64,000 bases of DNA from the human T2T-CHM13v2.0 reference genome, Homo sapiens, in NCBI RefSeq assembly GCF_009914755.1, contig NC_060929.1. One strand, written 5' to 3'. Numbering within the stretch: the first letter of the stretch is position 1; each line of letters opens with the position of its first letter. This document shows positions 40,860-54,395 of the stretch, one piece after another. A model generated the notes under the pieces. The model saw nothing but the letters and a program-made list of their open reading frames with translations. It was not told where the DNA came from and searched no databases. Position numbers and translations under genes: made by a program.

Positions 40860-41110
40860 AATGGTGATGACAATGATGATGATGATGACTGCTGGTGTTT
40901 TTGATCTCTGTGTTAAGTGCTAGGCACAGTGTGATGTACTTTACATGTTTTCATTCTATAAGGTAGGACCTATTATTGTATTTACTCTATAGATGTATAA
41001 TATTAGGAAATGTGCACAGAAAGAAGTAAGTTACTTGCCCTAAATCAACAAGTGGTTAAGTGTAACACTGAGGTAGTTTAAACTCCAGAGTCCATGCTTT
41101 TAACCCAAGT
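40860..41110 (-). mobile_element. MIR
   Basis: GTGCTAGGCACAGT...TAAGTTACTTGCCCTAA...CTCCAGAGTCCATGCTTTTAACC. Confidence 0.75.
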
Positions 41111-41246
41111 TCTGCTTCTTCTCACAGAATGTATGTGTCTTAACAGTAATAGAGATAATGGAGGTCATTGATTTTTAATAACGGCTCATGAGAACTTGGT
41201 TTGATCACCAATGGATAACAACAGTAGCAAAAACCTGATGATCTGG

Positions 41247-41834
41247 TGTAAAAAGTAAAGTAGAGATTCCTCTTCAAAGACTTTCCTCCCCATCTAATTA
41301 GGAATAAATAGTAACTTCTCTTAGAAGCAAATGTATTCAAAGACCTATGCTAACATTCTTAAATATCTGCTAGCCATAATAAAGAAATCAAGGTACTTTA
41401 TGTTCTTAGCTCCCACAATTTAGCCTAAATATTTGAACTGGCATGCTTATACTGGTCCAAGCAAGCATTAGGTCATAACCTGTTTCTCTTCCTTATTTGC
41501 AGGTGTTTTTACCTTTCTGAGCATTCCACAAGTTACTTCTTCCTTCCTTTGTTCTCCTCTGCCTTTGCCTCTTTTAAAAAGTTCTAAGTTGCTAGCCAAC
41601 TGGGACAAATACAGAATGTGAAGTCCCATTCCAGCCAATGGAAACCGGACACAGCAGTAGGGTGTACGCGTCAGGTTATGAATGACCCTGTCTCCTTTGT
41701 TTGGTGTACTCTCGTGGCAAAACTGCTGACGAGTGTACCCTTTCTGCAGAAAGTAGAAATGACCTTGCTGAGGAAATTAAATTTATGTTCAAGTGCTATT
41801 TCTTTATGGCACCAGGGAACAAGCATTTCTAAGA
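41247..41834 (+). mobile_element. LTR10C solo LTR (HERV-I group, ERV1)
   Basis: Starts TGTAAAAAGTAAAGTAGAGATTCCTCTTCAAAGAC, ends AACAAGCATTTCTAAGA, 588 bp. TSD TCTGG at 41242-41246 and 41835-41839. Confidence 0.88.
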
Positions 41835-42939
41835 TCTGGTCTAGCCCATACCCCAAGTCTTCAGTCAAGAAACACTACTGGCAGTGACAGCCAAGGACAA
41901 GGGAAGTCTACAAGGCTTAAGGAGCTGCTATTTTCCTTAGCTTAAGAGCTATACACTTATATGTTCTGAATGGAAACTAAGTAATTTAATTTTCACAACT
42001 AACTCACCCTTAGTGCAAAGTTTTATTTTTGAAAATCTAGATTAGAAAATGGAGTAAGGGGTAGAAATCTTGGGATTTATTGATAAGATTGTTGTGCTTG
42101 CCTCAGAGTCCCTAGGTAGAAAGTGCATTGCTGAATTGTGTTAAGAACGAAACAGAGAAAGCAATAGTAAAGCTCCTTATTGCTGACAGCCAAAAGCCTG
42201 CTGACAATGACAAACTATGGGAGAAGGAGTCTCGTGGCTCTTTTCTCTGGCAATATGATCAGCTACTGGATAAACAATATTAAAGGCAGAAGCCTACTTC
42301 CAGGGCTTCTCTAAGAGGACAGCTCGGGTCTCTGATTGTGTTTCCTTGCTCCTTTGGTGCCTCTGGTTAGATGGGGCTAGAGGCTGAACAGATTTAGTAG
42401 CCTTTTCTTTCGGAATACTGACAAAAGATATAATATTTAAGAGGTTCACATTCTTATAGCTGCTTTTTTGGAACAATGTCGATGTGAAAAGTTTTGGCAA
42501 GAGAAGGGCCTTTGCCTTTTCAGGAGAAGAATTCATATGGCTATTATTCATAATTTTAAGGGATAACAAGAATTTAAGAAGCACTTCCCCAGAGTCTCAA
42601 CTGAATTTTTGAGCTCATCTCAAATAGTAATCAATCATTTTCCAGACTTAGTTTTTTCTGTTTCACTCAAGTCTCATGGATTTTATTTCCAAATGTGAGT
42701 TGGCCTGAAGAAATAGCCATACATTTGTGCTTACCTAGAACATGGCCCATTATACATTACCTTATGTGGGATGAAGAATGGTAGGCTGGGTTTCTAGGCT
42801 TTAGGGTCTTATAATATCTTTACTGCAGTAGGAAATATCTTTGCCTTTTAGTTTTTGGTTCAGGAAAGCTAGTGGGACTCTGATTTAGGCATATGATGTC
42901 AAGTTCTACAACCTATATACATATGCTTTATGTGAGTTC

Positions 42940-43090
42940 AACAGTAATTCAGGGACTTCAGCAGGCATTGTTATTATCTCCATTTGCTAACTGGAAAATT
43001 GAGGTTTATAGAATTAAGGTGACTCAGTGACTTGGGCAAGATTGGTCTGTAAGTAAGTAGCAGGAATGAGAATCCATGGACTTCCCTGCC
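42940..43090 (-). mobile_element. MIR
   Basis: TTATTATCTCCATTTGCTAACTGGAAAATTGAGG...AGTGACTTG. Confidence 0.65.
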
Positions 43091-43129
43091 TGTGCCGTTT
43101 CTGCATCACTGAACCAAAGTGCCTTAGGC

Positions 43130-43462
43130 CAGGGGTGCCCAACCCCCGGGGCTGAGGACTGGTACTGATCTGTGGCCTGTTAGGAACTGAGCTGCACAAC
43201 AGGAGGTGAGTTGTGGGGGAGTGAGCATTACCACCCGAGCTCCTCCTGTCAGATCAGCAGCAGCATTAGAATCTCATAGGAGTGTGAACCCTATTATGAA
43301 CAGTGCATGAGAGGGATCTAGGTTGCACACTCCTTATGACTGTAATGCCTGATGATCTGAGGTGGACTAGTTCCATCATGAAACCATCCCCACACACCCC
43401 ATCTGTGGCAAAATTGTCTTTCACGAAACCGGTTCCTGGAGCCAAAAAGTTGGGGACCACTG
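43130..43462 (+). mobile_element. MER1B (hAT-Charlie)
   Basis: Termini CAGGGGTGCCCAACC and AGTTGGGGACCACTG; 8-bp TSD CCTTAGGC/CCTTAGAC. Confidence 0.93.
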
Positions 43463-43751
43463 CCTTAGACAGAGGACATTAGACCTGTTGGTGAATGGTT
43501 CTTTTGCCCATAGCTACCAATTTCTTAAGACTTCTTCTGCAGCAGGAAATATAGGATGCTTTTCAATCCCACTCAGTCAGGGCAGAGGTCAGAAGCCAAA
43601 CTGCCAATCATAGTATAGCCAAATTTACATTGGGACATTATCATGAAATAGCATTGCTTTTTAAAATCTTTAACTGATCAACGAATTCAATTTGTTTTTG
43701 GTATAGCAGGAACACTCAGCACAAATTGGTCTACATGTATAAAGCATTATC

Positions 43752-43942
43752 TTTTTTATTTTATTTTATTTTATTTTGAGACGGAGTCTCTCTCTGTCGC
43801 CAGGCTGGAGTGCAGTGGCACAATCTCAGCTCACTGCAATCTCCACCTCCCCCAGGTTCAAGCGATTCTCCTGCCTCAGCCTCCCGAGTAGCTGGGACTA
43901 CAGGTAAACGCCACCACACCCAGCTAATAATTTTTTGTATTT
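43752..43942 (-). mobile_element. 5'-truncated AluSc-like element (right arm plus linker)
   Basis: (TTTTA)n tail, TGTCGCCAGGCTGGAG, ends in the linker. Confidence 0.9.
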
Positions 43943-44487
43943 CTTATGCTCTAAAACAATGCCTTTAACAAATTTGATAAAATCAATTGTTTTTGTAATT
44001 TTCAATGGTCACAGAGACATGTTTTTTTATCCTTTGAGTACAAACTCCTAACTACAACAAAGAACTTATCAAGAAAAACATCCTCTTTAAGAAAACTGTC
44101 TTTTGATGTCCTCATCAACCTCCTGAATTATAAACGTACTTATCTCATGAATTGTCAGAAAAACATGATAAAGCTTCCACTGAGGATCTAATCCCAGTGT
44201 TATATTTTCCATTTCCAATGTACCTGTTTTTACTTATTTTTTGCCTATAAATGAGGCTTCTTTTCCTAATATGAAACTTAAGGAAAGTAAATCTGTAATA
44301 AGGCTTCACAAATATCACACACCTAAGATATCCAAGCTTCTATATACACAGTAAGTGCTGTATGTGATTTATTACAGAACTTGATAGTTACAAGGATAGA
44401 GTATATCTCCTTTCTTCGCTTGAATATATATAGGAATTTGGAATTGTTTTGCACTCACCTGTCTCTATTATCTCCCAAAGTCCTACC

Positions 44488-44648
44488 GAATGCCCAGTTA
44501 AATTTGAATTTCAGGTAAACAATGAATATTCTTTCAGTTGCAATGTGCCCCCAAATATTGTCTGGGATATATTTATACTTAACAAATTATCATGAGTTTA
44601 AGTTGAACTAGACATCTGTAGTTTTACTGGCTAAATCTGGATACTCCA
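44488..44648. mobile_element. MER53 palindromic MITE, degraded
   Basis: ATGCCCAGTTAAATTTGAATTTCAGGTAAACAATGAAT...TGGGATATATTTATACT...CTAAATCTGG. Confidence 0.75.
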
Positions 44649-45245
44649 CAATTGAGTATGTTGCTGTCTCAACAGTTTCATAGTCTTTGGTCTGAACCTG
44701 CCTCTTAGCAGAAATAATGCAAACCGAATGCCTTTCCACTGCCGATTCTCCCTTCCTTTCCATTAAAGGGTACCGGTCAATGAGCTTTCCTCTCTACTGT
44801 TTCTCATAGAAGATTCGCTTAGTTCTTATAAGAGTAAAAAGGATAGCTAAAGTTTAAAACTTGAGTTTAAGGCCTAGTGCTGCCATTAATTTATTGTGAG
44901 ACCTACAAAAAGTACTCTGCAAGTTCTTACTCACTTTATATTGACGAAAAATGGGTTGGGTTTGATCTGTGAACTCTTCCATTCCAAACATTTTTTGGAT
45001 ATGAGATGCATCTGTCCATTTCATAAGATTCAGAGAAAATCAAGTTTCTACAGTAATTACTTTAAAAAAAAAAAACCAAGGACCAGTTTGTATCACTTGT
45101 AAGGATACATAGGCATTTCATCATATTCCATAGAAACTATAAGGGCTCCAACTAGTCGAAAAGCGATAAAAATCAACAATAAGAAAGGACATAGTGAATT
45201 TGAGTAATAAAGTCAGCAAGCTGTAATATATTACATTTTAACAAA

Positions 45246-45538
45246 TGTCAGGTGCAAAGAGAAATTGCAACCGATGCTTGTTAAAATGACAAGAAAAACT
45301 TTATTCAACGCTATTGAAATAGGGGAGCAAGATTGAACTCAACTCCACTGAAACAAAAAGCAGGAGAGTTTTTAAGCACTAGAATGGGCTAGTGGAAAAG
45401 GGATAGGGGATATTAGGCAGAAGGTTAGTCAATGTGATTAGGCCATCTGTGTTTATTAATAAGTATTGATCCAAAATAGGCTCCTACTCTCTCACAGGAA
45501 TTGAATTTCTTAATGATTACATTTCAATGGGATAGCTT
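45246..45538 (-). mobile_element. MER67-group LTR, 3' part
   Basis: ACTTTATTCAA..CTATTGAAATAGGGGAG..AGATTGAACTCAACTCC...GTCAATGTGATTAGGCCATCTGTGTTT. Confidence 0.7.
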
Positions 45539-45595
45539 ATATATATATATGTATACACACACATATATATATAGTATATATATATGCATATATAT
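45538..45595. repeat. Imperfect (TA/CA)n microsatellite
   Basis: Seen directly. Confidence 0.9.
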
Positions 45596-46721
45596 GAGAG
45601 TGAGAGTTTTGTATTTTTCAGATAATATACATTGTTTCCTTGTATTGATATAACATTTATAAGATTTATCTTGTAACAAAAAACTATGATATATTCTTCA
45701 AAATTTTAAACTTAAAGTTGTATTTCCTGATTATCACTCAAAGGAATTATAAATATACAATAAAAAGTGCAGTCAAAATATGCCAACTTAGCCATGCAAA
45801 AATTATCACATCATCTCTTAAAACTCCTGGATAAAAGAGAAAATCAAAACAAAAGTAATCTAGAAAGTAATTTTAAAAGATAATAGTTTAGACAATTACA
45901 GACACCCAAAAATGTTTTTATCACTTACAATAAAAACGGAAAATAAATAAGCTGAGTGTTCAAGAAAATAGGAAATGAAGAGCAAAATATATCAAAAGCA
46001 AGTAAGAAGACATACTTGAAGATAAAAGCTTAAAGTTTCAAAACTAAAAGGAAGTATAAATTAAACCAAAAGGAACTTATAAATAACTGATTTATAGCAA
46101 ACTTAACAGCAAAACACCAAGAATAAAAAACATGCCAAAAGAGATGAATTACAGTATTATAACAAAGTGATATCAGCAATTCTATTGCAATGTAAACCAA
46201 CATTTGAGTGCTTACTGTGTACTTACTATTCTAAGGCCTTAGCATATTACTCATTTAATTATCAGCAAAATAAATATTCTTGAAATAGATAACCGTTTAC
46301 ACATCAGAAAACTGCAGTAGTTACACAATATATTTCCATAATAAATTGGAAAATCTAAAGAATAATTTCTATCAAATTGTAATTTTTTAATATTCTCTAG
46401 TAAGGGATAAAATATTAATAGACCAATATCCACAGAAGAAATTTATATGGTAATTAAGCACCAACAATAATATTTTTAAATACCAGGTACTGTTAGTTTT
46501 GTATAAGTATTATCTAACTTTTAAAGAAAAAAGTTTTTCATTGTCGTTATGAAAGATAGAAAGTTTTTAACCTTCATTTTATATAGCTAATGAGTTCTTA
46601 ATACCATAATCAATTAACCTAACACAAAAAAGAAAACAAGAACAGCTTTGAAAACAATTTTGAGAAAAAAAACAGTAGAGGCCTTACTACTTCTCAGTTC
46701 AAGACTTATTGTAAAGTCCCA

Positions 46722-47087
46722 TGTAATAAAGAGTTCAACTCAATTTTTTTAATGTTTGACTGCTGACATTGTTTAAGCCTCTTTCTCTTCTGCTTCACGT
46801 CTGGGCAAGCTGATAAGAAACCAGCTCCCTTATTTGGAAGGCACCACAAGAAGATTCAAACCAGCAAGTCCTTGCTAATCCCATCCCCTAACTACAATAA
46901 AAGTCCCAAGCCGGTCTCTTTTCTTGCTCTATTGAGGCATTTTTAGACAATCTTAGGCCAGTCTTGTTCTCCTCAGAAAGCCTCCTTATGTAAGTAATAA
47001 ACATATTTATACTCTTTGTGGTGTATGCGTGTGGTGTTATCATCTTGACATTTGAATCAAATCTTGAGTTGTGGTCCATCTATTTCA
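46722..47087 (+). mobile_element. LTR47-like solo LTR (ERVL)
   Basis: Starts TGTAATAAAGAGT...ATGTTTGACTGCTGACA...TCTGGGCAAGCTGATAAGAAA. Confidence 0.75.
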
Positions 47088-47138
47088 AATCAAGACACCT
47101 CAGTTTTGTCATAAGAACAGAAATAGATCAGAACAGAC

Positions 47139-47419
47139 TTTTTTTTAATTTTAATTTTACTTGAAGTTCTGGTATACGTGTGCAGAACGTGCAGGTTTGT
47201 TACATAGGTATACATGTGCCATGGTGGTTTGCTGCACCTATCAACCCATCATCTAGGTTTTAAACTCTGTATGCATTAGGTATTTGTCCTAATGCCCTCC
47301 CTCCCCTTGGCCCCCATCCCCCAACAGGCACCGGTGTGTGATGTTCCCTTCCCTGTGTCCATGTGTTCTCATTGTTCAACTCCCACTTATGAGTGAGAAC
47401 ATGCAGTGTTTGGTTTTCT
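47139..47419 (-). mobile_element. Short L1PA7-like 3' end
   Basis: CATCTAGGTTTTAA..ATGCATTAGGTATTTGTCCTAATGC; degenerate TSD AGA(A/G)CAGAC. Confidence 0.9.
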
Positions 47420-50177
47420 AGAGCAGACATTTTTAATGAATTTAGTTTTCTGGCAAAAACTTTCAAGGAAGTTCAGTGGTAAAATGATTGTCTTTTTAAA
47501 AAATTGTGTTGTGACCATTGATTATCCATCGGTCCTTAGACCATGAAGAAGTTTATGGAGACTTGATGGAGAAGATTACACATAACTTGGAGACACTAGA
47601 CTTCACATATAATGTGGAAAATAAATGAGAGGTGTCTTTTTTCCCCTTTGAGGCAAGGAATGAGTTATTTCATGGATATATAGCTATTTACTAAAGTGTG
47701 TTATAGAATGCCACTTGAAAATAGATACTGAGTAGGCAACTACATTTATTACATGAATAGAGTGTCATGCCAATGTGAGAAAGAGAAAGACAGATTAAAA
47801 GAGAGAGAGAGAGAGAGAACCATGTGTTATAGATCTATACTTTTAGAAGAGTCTAGAGACCTATGTGGAAAGACATATACCAGGCTGTAAACACTAGTTA
47901 CCTCAAAAGGTGGGAATAGGGGCTTAAGTGGGGAGATTACTTACTTTTATACATTTTTGTTTGTAATTTTAAAAAGTTTTTATAATATGCATATGATACA
48001 TTTTTATTTTAAAATAACTAATAAAGAAAATTATTAAATGCTTTTGGCCAGCAAAAAAAAAGTTACAACTAAATGACTAATGAATTTCAAATATCTATTC
48101 AGAACTGTTCAAGAGACAAGAAGAAATGTCGGCATGCACATTCTAATCTCTCTATATATAATGGAAATTCATGCTTTAACTGAAAGACAAAAACAAGATT
48201 ATTGGCCAGCATACTAACGGTCTTCAACAAATGTGAAATCAACCTGCTGCCCATTAAAATAAAAAAATCTAAGTTGCAAGTGACTTCCAAATATGTCCCA
48301 AGATGTTCTTTCTTGACTTCAAACTTTGTGCTCAATCTCCATCTTCACCCTCTAGGCTTTCCCTTTGTGGCAAAGGCATTAAGCAGTAACAGAGCCATTA
48401 TTTTTGATGCTTAGGTCTAACACAATAATTTCAAATAGGAACTAACGTTAGTATAAGAGGTGGAAAGCCACTCTTCCCTGAAATCTCATTATCCAATTCC
48501 AGAGACAGAAACAACTACATTATCCCTCAAATGAAAGTAAAATCCCATAGATATACATCTCAGGTTAATCAGTGAAGACAACAGCTACCTTCTTCTTCCT
48601 AAGTGCTGAACAGGTTATATTTGGGTTCAGCTTCAGTTTTAATAGCTGAGATATGTTTGATATTGAATATTAGTACAGCAGTAAAAACAAGAGGGGGAGA
48701 GCTCACTCTGGCTAGAAGCAATCCATATATAGATGGTGATATCCTCAGCTCAGTATATGGCTGATTATCTATTACTAAAAGCTGGTCTAAAAATGCTTTC
48801 TTCTCCTTTCCAAATGCCTCCATCATAAAGCAATTCACTTCATATTACAAATGGGAAACATTTCAAGATGATAGTGAGTGCTTCATCTCTGTAAAGAAAA
48901 AGCACTTTCCACCTAGAAGCATCCTGTTCCCACCCTGGCAGCAAATGACCAGGTTATCAGGACAAAAAGGTCAGGGAAGAAAGAAAATGTTTTACATGCA
49001 ATCCGTCACCAACTACAGTTTGACAGCAGGAGAACAGATGTGAAATGAGTTTCCATCTATTGGTATTCCCTGGGAATAACCCAGTGAAACTGAACTCAGA
49101 ATGAATGAATAAGTAAAAACCCTGCTATGCCATTCCTCTGCAACAGTTCAGCTGTTTGGTGACATGATCATTAAGGATCCTTTCTTTAAAAGAAAAAAAG
49201 TTTTGTATTTTTTTTTCTAATAAGCCAAATTTCTTTCTCTGTGCTGTGGATCAAAGCTCAGGCTTTTATTCTGTTCTGCTGGCATTATTTCAAGGTTTGT
49301 AAAGATTAATATCCTAGATGGGACCATATTTTCAACATCTGATGAACTCATCACTGGGGAAAATCTGAATTCATGTTGGGAGTGCTGAAAGTAAGAACCA
49401 GGATACAATAACATTCTTTAAGTATAGATTTTCACTAAAGTAGAGTTAGATATGTTTTTAAAAAGTCTTGATTTGTTGTACTTAGTAAGTACTAAAAGAG
49501 AGTTTGTTTTCTCTAAGTCTTGAATCCAATGTAGCCAGTCAGACACCAACAGATGAGTATCCATTTAATAAGGTAATTTTTCTTAAAGTCTAACCCTTGG
49601 TTAATAACAGGCCTTCCTAAGAGTCAGTACACAATCACCTGGAACACAGAGGGAGCTGTCACTGAAAATTAAAGATAAATATAATCCTCCAACCAAAACT
49701 TCTAATCACTCCAGTGGCAATAATACTGGGAAAGTGTTCTCTCATCCCTTTGCCCCAGTGCTATATCTGTGTGTGCAACCATCTTCCATTAGAGCTCTTT
49801 CAGGCACCGAAGTCAGGGTCCCACAGCAAGGTGATTCCTGACAAGCTTTTGGCTGAGACACAGATCAGCTGTTATTTAAATAGTCAATATTTATTTCAAT
49901 CTGTATTAGAAAAATAGATACAACTAGCACATGGTCATATCAATATTGTTGTTTAAGATAAACATTTATTTAAGTCACACAAGTGAATAAAGAAAAATAT
50001 TCAGCAAATAATAATCCAGGTGGCTTTTAAGTATGGAATACATATAAGATGATATTCAGATGGCTCAGTTGAGAGAATCATGACCAAAGGTACACACACT
50101 CTGTACTTAGGCTACCAAATACCTCTGAACTTAAGAGTCAGTAATGTTGATACATCTTCTCTAACATCTCATAAAAC

Positions 50178-50696
50178 TGTGATGGTTAATATTGAGTGTC
50201 AACTTGATTGTATTGAAGCATGCAAACTGTTGTTCCTGGCTGCATCTGTGAGGGTGTTGCCAAAGAAGATTAACATTGGAGTCAGTGGACTGGGAAAGGC
50301 AGATCCACCCTCAAGCTGGGTGGGCACCATCTAATCAGTGGCCCACGTGGCTAGAATAAAAGCAGGCAGAGGAACATGGAAAGACTAGACTAGCTGAGTC
50401 TTCCGGTCTTCATCTTTCTCCCACGCTGGATGCTTCCTGACGTCGAACATCAGACTCCAAGTTTTTCAGCTTTTGAACTCTTGGACTTAACACCAGCGGT
50501 TTGCCAGGGGCTCACGGCCCTTCAGCCACAGACTGAAGGCTGCACTTTTGAGGTTTTGGGACTCAGACTGGCTTCCTTGCTCCTCAGCTTGCAGATGGCC
50601 TTGTGATCGTGTAAGTCAATTCTCTTTAATAAATTCCCCTTCATATATACATCTATCCAATTACTCCTGTGCCTGTAGAGAACTCTGGCTAATACA
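50178..50696 (+). mobile_element. MLT2A (MLT2A2-like) solo LTR of HERV-L
   Basis: Starts TGTGATGGTTAATATTGAGTGTCAACTTGATTG, ends AGAGAACTCTGGCTAATACA. Confidence 0.92.
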
Positions 50697-50739
50697 CTGT
50701 CCTTCATCATCTTGCCAACTTCAGTCTGGTAGACTGTGC

Positions 50740-50925
50740 TCCATACTTGATTCCGTGACTCGCTTACTATGTGACTTTTGGCAATTATTTAATTCCTCTG
50801 AAACACAATCATTTTATTAGGAAAACAATTCCAAAACCTACCTTATTGTCAGTGTGGTAAGGAGTAAATGCGACAGTGTAGGTGAAGGGTAAGTATAGTT
50901 CCTGCACATAGCAGGCATTCACAAT
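50740..50925 (+). mobile_element. MIR
   Basis: CTTACTATGTGACTTTTGGCAATTATTTAATTCCTCTGA...CCTGCACATAGCAGGCATTC. Confidence 0.7.
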
Positions 50926-53900
50926 CATTCAGTGTGTCGGGGATGAGGGGGTGTGGAAACCTTCATTTCTTATGCAGAGATAACACATCCCTGCTTCCGG
51001 TCCACTCCTTTGCAATTTGTTCAGAGGATGATAACTGAGATTATCTTTGTGCTATTACAAAAATTTTCTAATCAAAACCTTCACAGAAATTACTTCCACT
51101 TCTGGGAAAGTGGAATAGATGTATTTTTCTCTATTCCTACCCCTAAACACAACTACAATCTCTGGACATTATATATAAAAAATGATTTAAAAAATTTAAA
51201 CAGTGGATAGAGACAGACTGGCTAGGGACCTCAAAATATGAAGAGCAACTTATGGTCCTTGGGTTTTTCTTTTCTTACATTAATATCTTAGACATAGAGT
51301 TTATGAAGCCAGCAACCTGGAAAGGCCAATGGGCATAGATAAAAACTGCCCCACACCCCCAAGTAAAAGTCTGCTCTCTCTAGGGAAAAATTCAGGAAAG
51401 AAGCATCCAAGAAGAGAAAAAAATTTTAGATAATAACTACTCAATTTAGCCAAACATTGGAAAGAAAAAACAAAGTATTCTGTCCCCTGCCCCACACCAG
51501 CAAAGACCATATGAGTAACCTAGACTTTCACCCACAGCAGCCTGAAATAATCTCCTCCAAGCCTCTTAGAGGTGGTATTAAAAAAAGTCCAAGTAGGAAA
51601 AAACATGACTTTATCCTTCCTAGGTGGTAACAAGACCCCCTCCTGATGCAAGGTCAGTGGTGACAATTTAGGGAGTATGGGCTTCTATCCCCCACCCATC
51701 AGTAATAAGGTGCTCCTCCCCCTCCTCCCTAAAGTGGTGTGAGAGGAGGCACAGTGGAGAGACAGAACTTTTACCAACCACCCAGCAGTAATTAGGCCAC
51801 ATTCCCACCCCAGCCCTTCATGGTATCAGTGGAGGGTGTGTAGGGAGAAGTAACAAGGCACTCTTAACGCTCTCATCCAGTAAGGTCTAGGGAGAACCTG
51901 AAACTCCACCCACATCCAGCAGTAGTGATGAAAGGGACCACGTCCAAGTAGGAAATTTAGACTTCTGCCCCATAGGCAGCAATAAAATAGAGGTCCCTTT
52001 CCCCTGCCAGAGTGATGTCAAGAAAAGTCAACTAAAACAGAAGGTTTTAATATGTTTTAGAATCTAAAAACACAACACCCAAATGTTGAGGCTTTAATAG
52101 AAAACTACTTGTCATATCCAAATTATTCAAACTGAATGAAAAAGGCCATTAATAGGTAGACATACTGAGATAATAGATATGTTAGAATTATCTAACAAAG
52201 ACTTTAAGCATTCATCATAAAAATGCTTCAAAGAGCCATTATAAGCACACTTAAAACAAATTAAAAATACAAGTCTCAGCATAGAAATAGAGGATGTAGA
52301 GAAGAACCAAACGAAAATTTTAGAAGTGAAAAAGACAATAGCCAAAAAAATAAAAAAAGAATAAGCTCAACAGCATGAGGGGGACACAGGAAAAAATCAC
52401 TGGGCTAGAAGATATAACACAATTAACCAATTCGAACAACAGAAATACCAAATTGAAAAATAAAAGTGAACAAACCTTCAGGGACCTGTGGAAATGTAAG
52501 AAAATATCTAACATTCAAGTCATTGGATTACCAGATGGAGAGGAGAAAGAGAAAAAGGCTGAAGATATACTGAAGGAAATAATGGCTAATAACTCATACA
52601 ATTTAGCAAAAGACATAAACTGACAGATCCAAGGAGCTAAGCAAACTTAGAATAAATTCAAATAGATCTCCAAGACATATAATAGTCAAATTTCTGAAAA
52701 CCAAAGGCAAAGAAAATACTTCAAATAAAGAGAAAACAGAACATCGTATCAATAGAAAAAAATGCATTATAGCATATATGTCATAAGAAATCACAGAAGA
52801 CAGAAAGAAGTGCCACTACATTTTAAAAGTGCTAAAAGAACAGACCTATCAACCCAGAATGTTATCTCAAGTGTAAATATTCAAAAAAGATGAAAGGAAA
52901 ATCAAAACATTCTCAGATGAAAGAACTCTAAATGAATCCTTCACCAAAAGATCTACCCTTAAAGAATGGATAAGTGAAATTATCTAAACAGAGGGGAAAC
53001 AATAAAAGAAGGAATCTTAGAACAGCAGGAAAGAAGAAGGAACACAGTAAGCAAGCAAAAAAAAATGTATATGGATAAATATAATAGATGACCTTTGGCA
53101 TCTAAAGTTTTTTTAAGTGTATTTGATGGCTGAATCAAAAGTTATAACAATATCTGATATGGTTCTAAAGGTATATTTAGGAAATATTTAAGACAATTAT
53201 AAAATGGCAAGTATAAAAGGGCCTAAAGGGGAGTAAAGTTTCTACACTAACTCAAGCTGGGAAAATGATACCGCTAGTATACTGTGATAGGTTATGTATA
53301 TATAATACAGTACCTAGAGCAAACACTGAAAAAGCTATACAAAGAAATACACCAAAATCACTATAAATAAATCAAAGTGGAATTCTAAAGAAAAAAAATG
53401 TTTAAGTAACCCACAAAATGTCAGAAAAAAGAAAATGGAGAAACAAAAAAACAGAAAAAAAGTCAGAAAACAAAAAATTCCAATGATAGACTTAAGTCTA
53501 ACATATTAATAATTACATTAGTGTAAATGGTTTAAATATAACGCATAAAAGGCAGAAATTGGTAGATTTTATAAAAATATGACTCAACTATATGCTGCTA
53601 TAAGAAGCTCAGTTTAAATATATGACATGGGCAGAGTGGATGTAAAAGGATATATTACGCAAACATTAATCAAAAGAAAAGAGTGGCTACGTTAATATCA
53701 GTCAAAGTAGACTTCATTTCAGACCAAAAAAATTTACCAGATACAGAAAAGGATATTATATAAAAATAAAAGAGTTATCTGCCAAGAAGACATAGTAATC
53801 ATAAATATGTATGCATCAAACAACAGAGATGCAAAATAAATGAAGCAAAAGTTATTGAAATTAAGGCAAAAACAAATTCATAATTATAATTGGAAACTTC

Positions 53901-54100
53901 AATAACCCTCTCTCAACAATTGATAGAACTAGACAGATAATCAGAAAGGATATATCAATAGAACTCAACCCACTAACCAACAAGATCTAATTAACATTTA
54001 CAGAAGATTACACCGCAGAACAGCAGAGTATTCATTTTCTCCAACTGCCTACAGAACATGAAGCAAGATAAGCCATATCCTAAACGTTAAAATAGAACTT

Positions 54101-54395
<295 letters not shown>

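Larger units (their letters stand above)
45600..47530 (+). mobile_element. Highly degraded old L1 ORF2 fragments hosting LTR47 and L1PA7
   Basis: A-rich ORF2-like text, e.g. AAAACAATTTTGAGAAAAAA..TTCAAGACTTATTGTAAAG, resuming as AATCAAGACA after the LTR. Confidence 0.5.
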
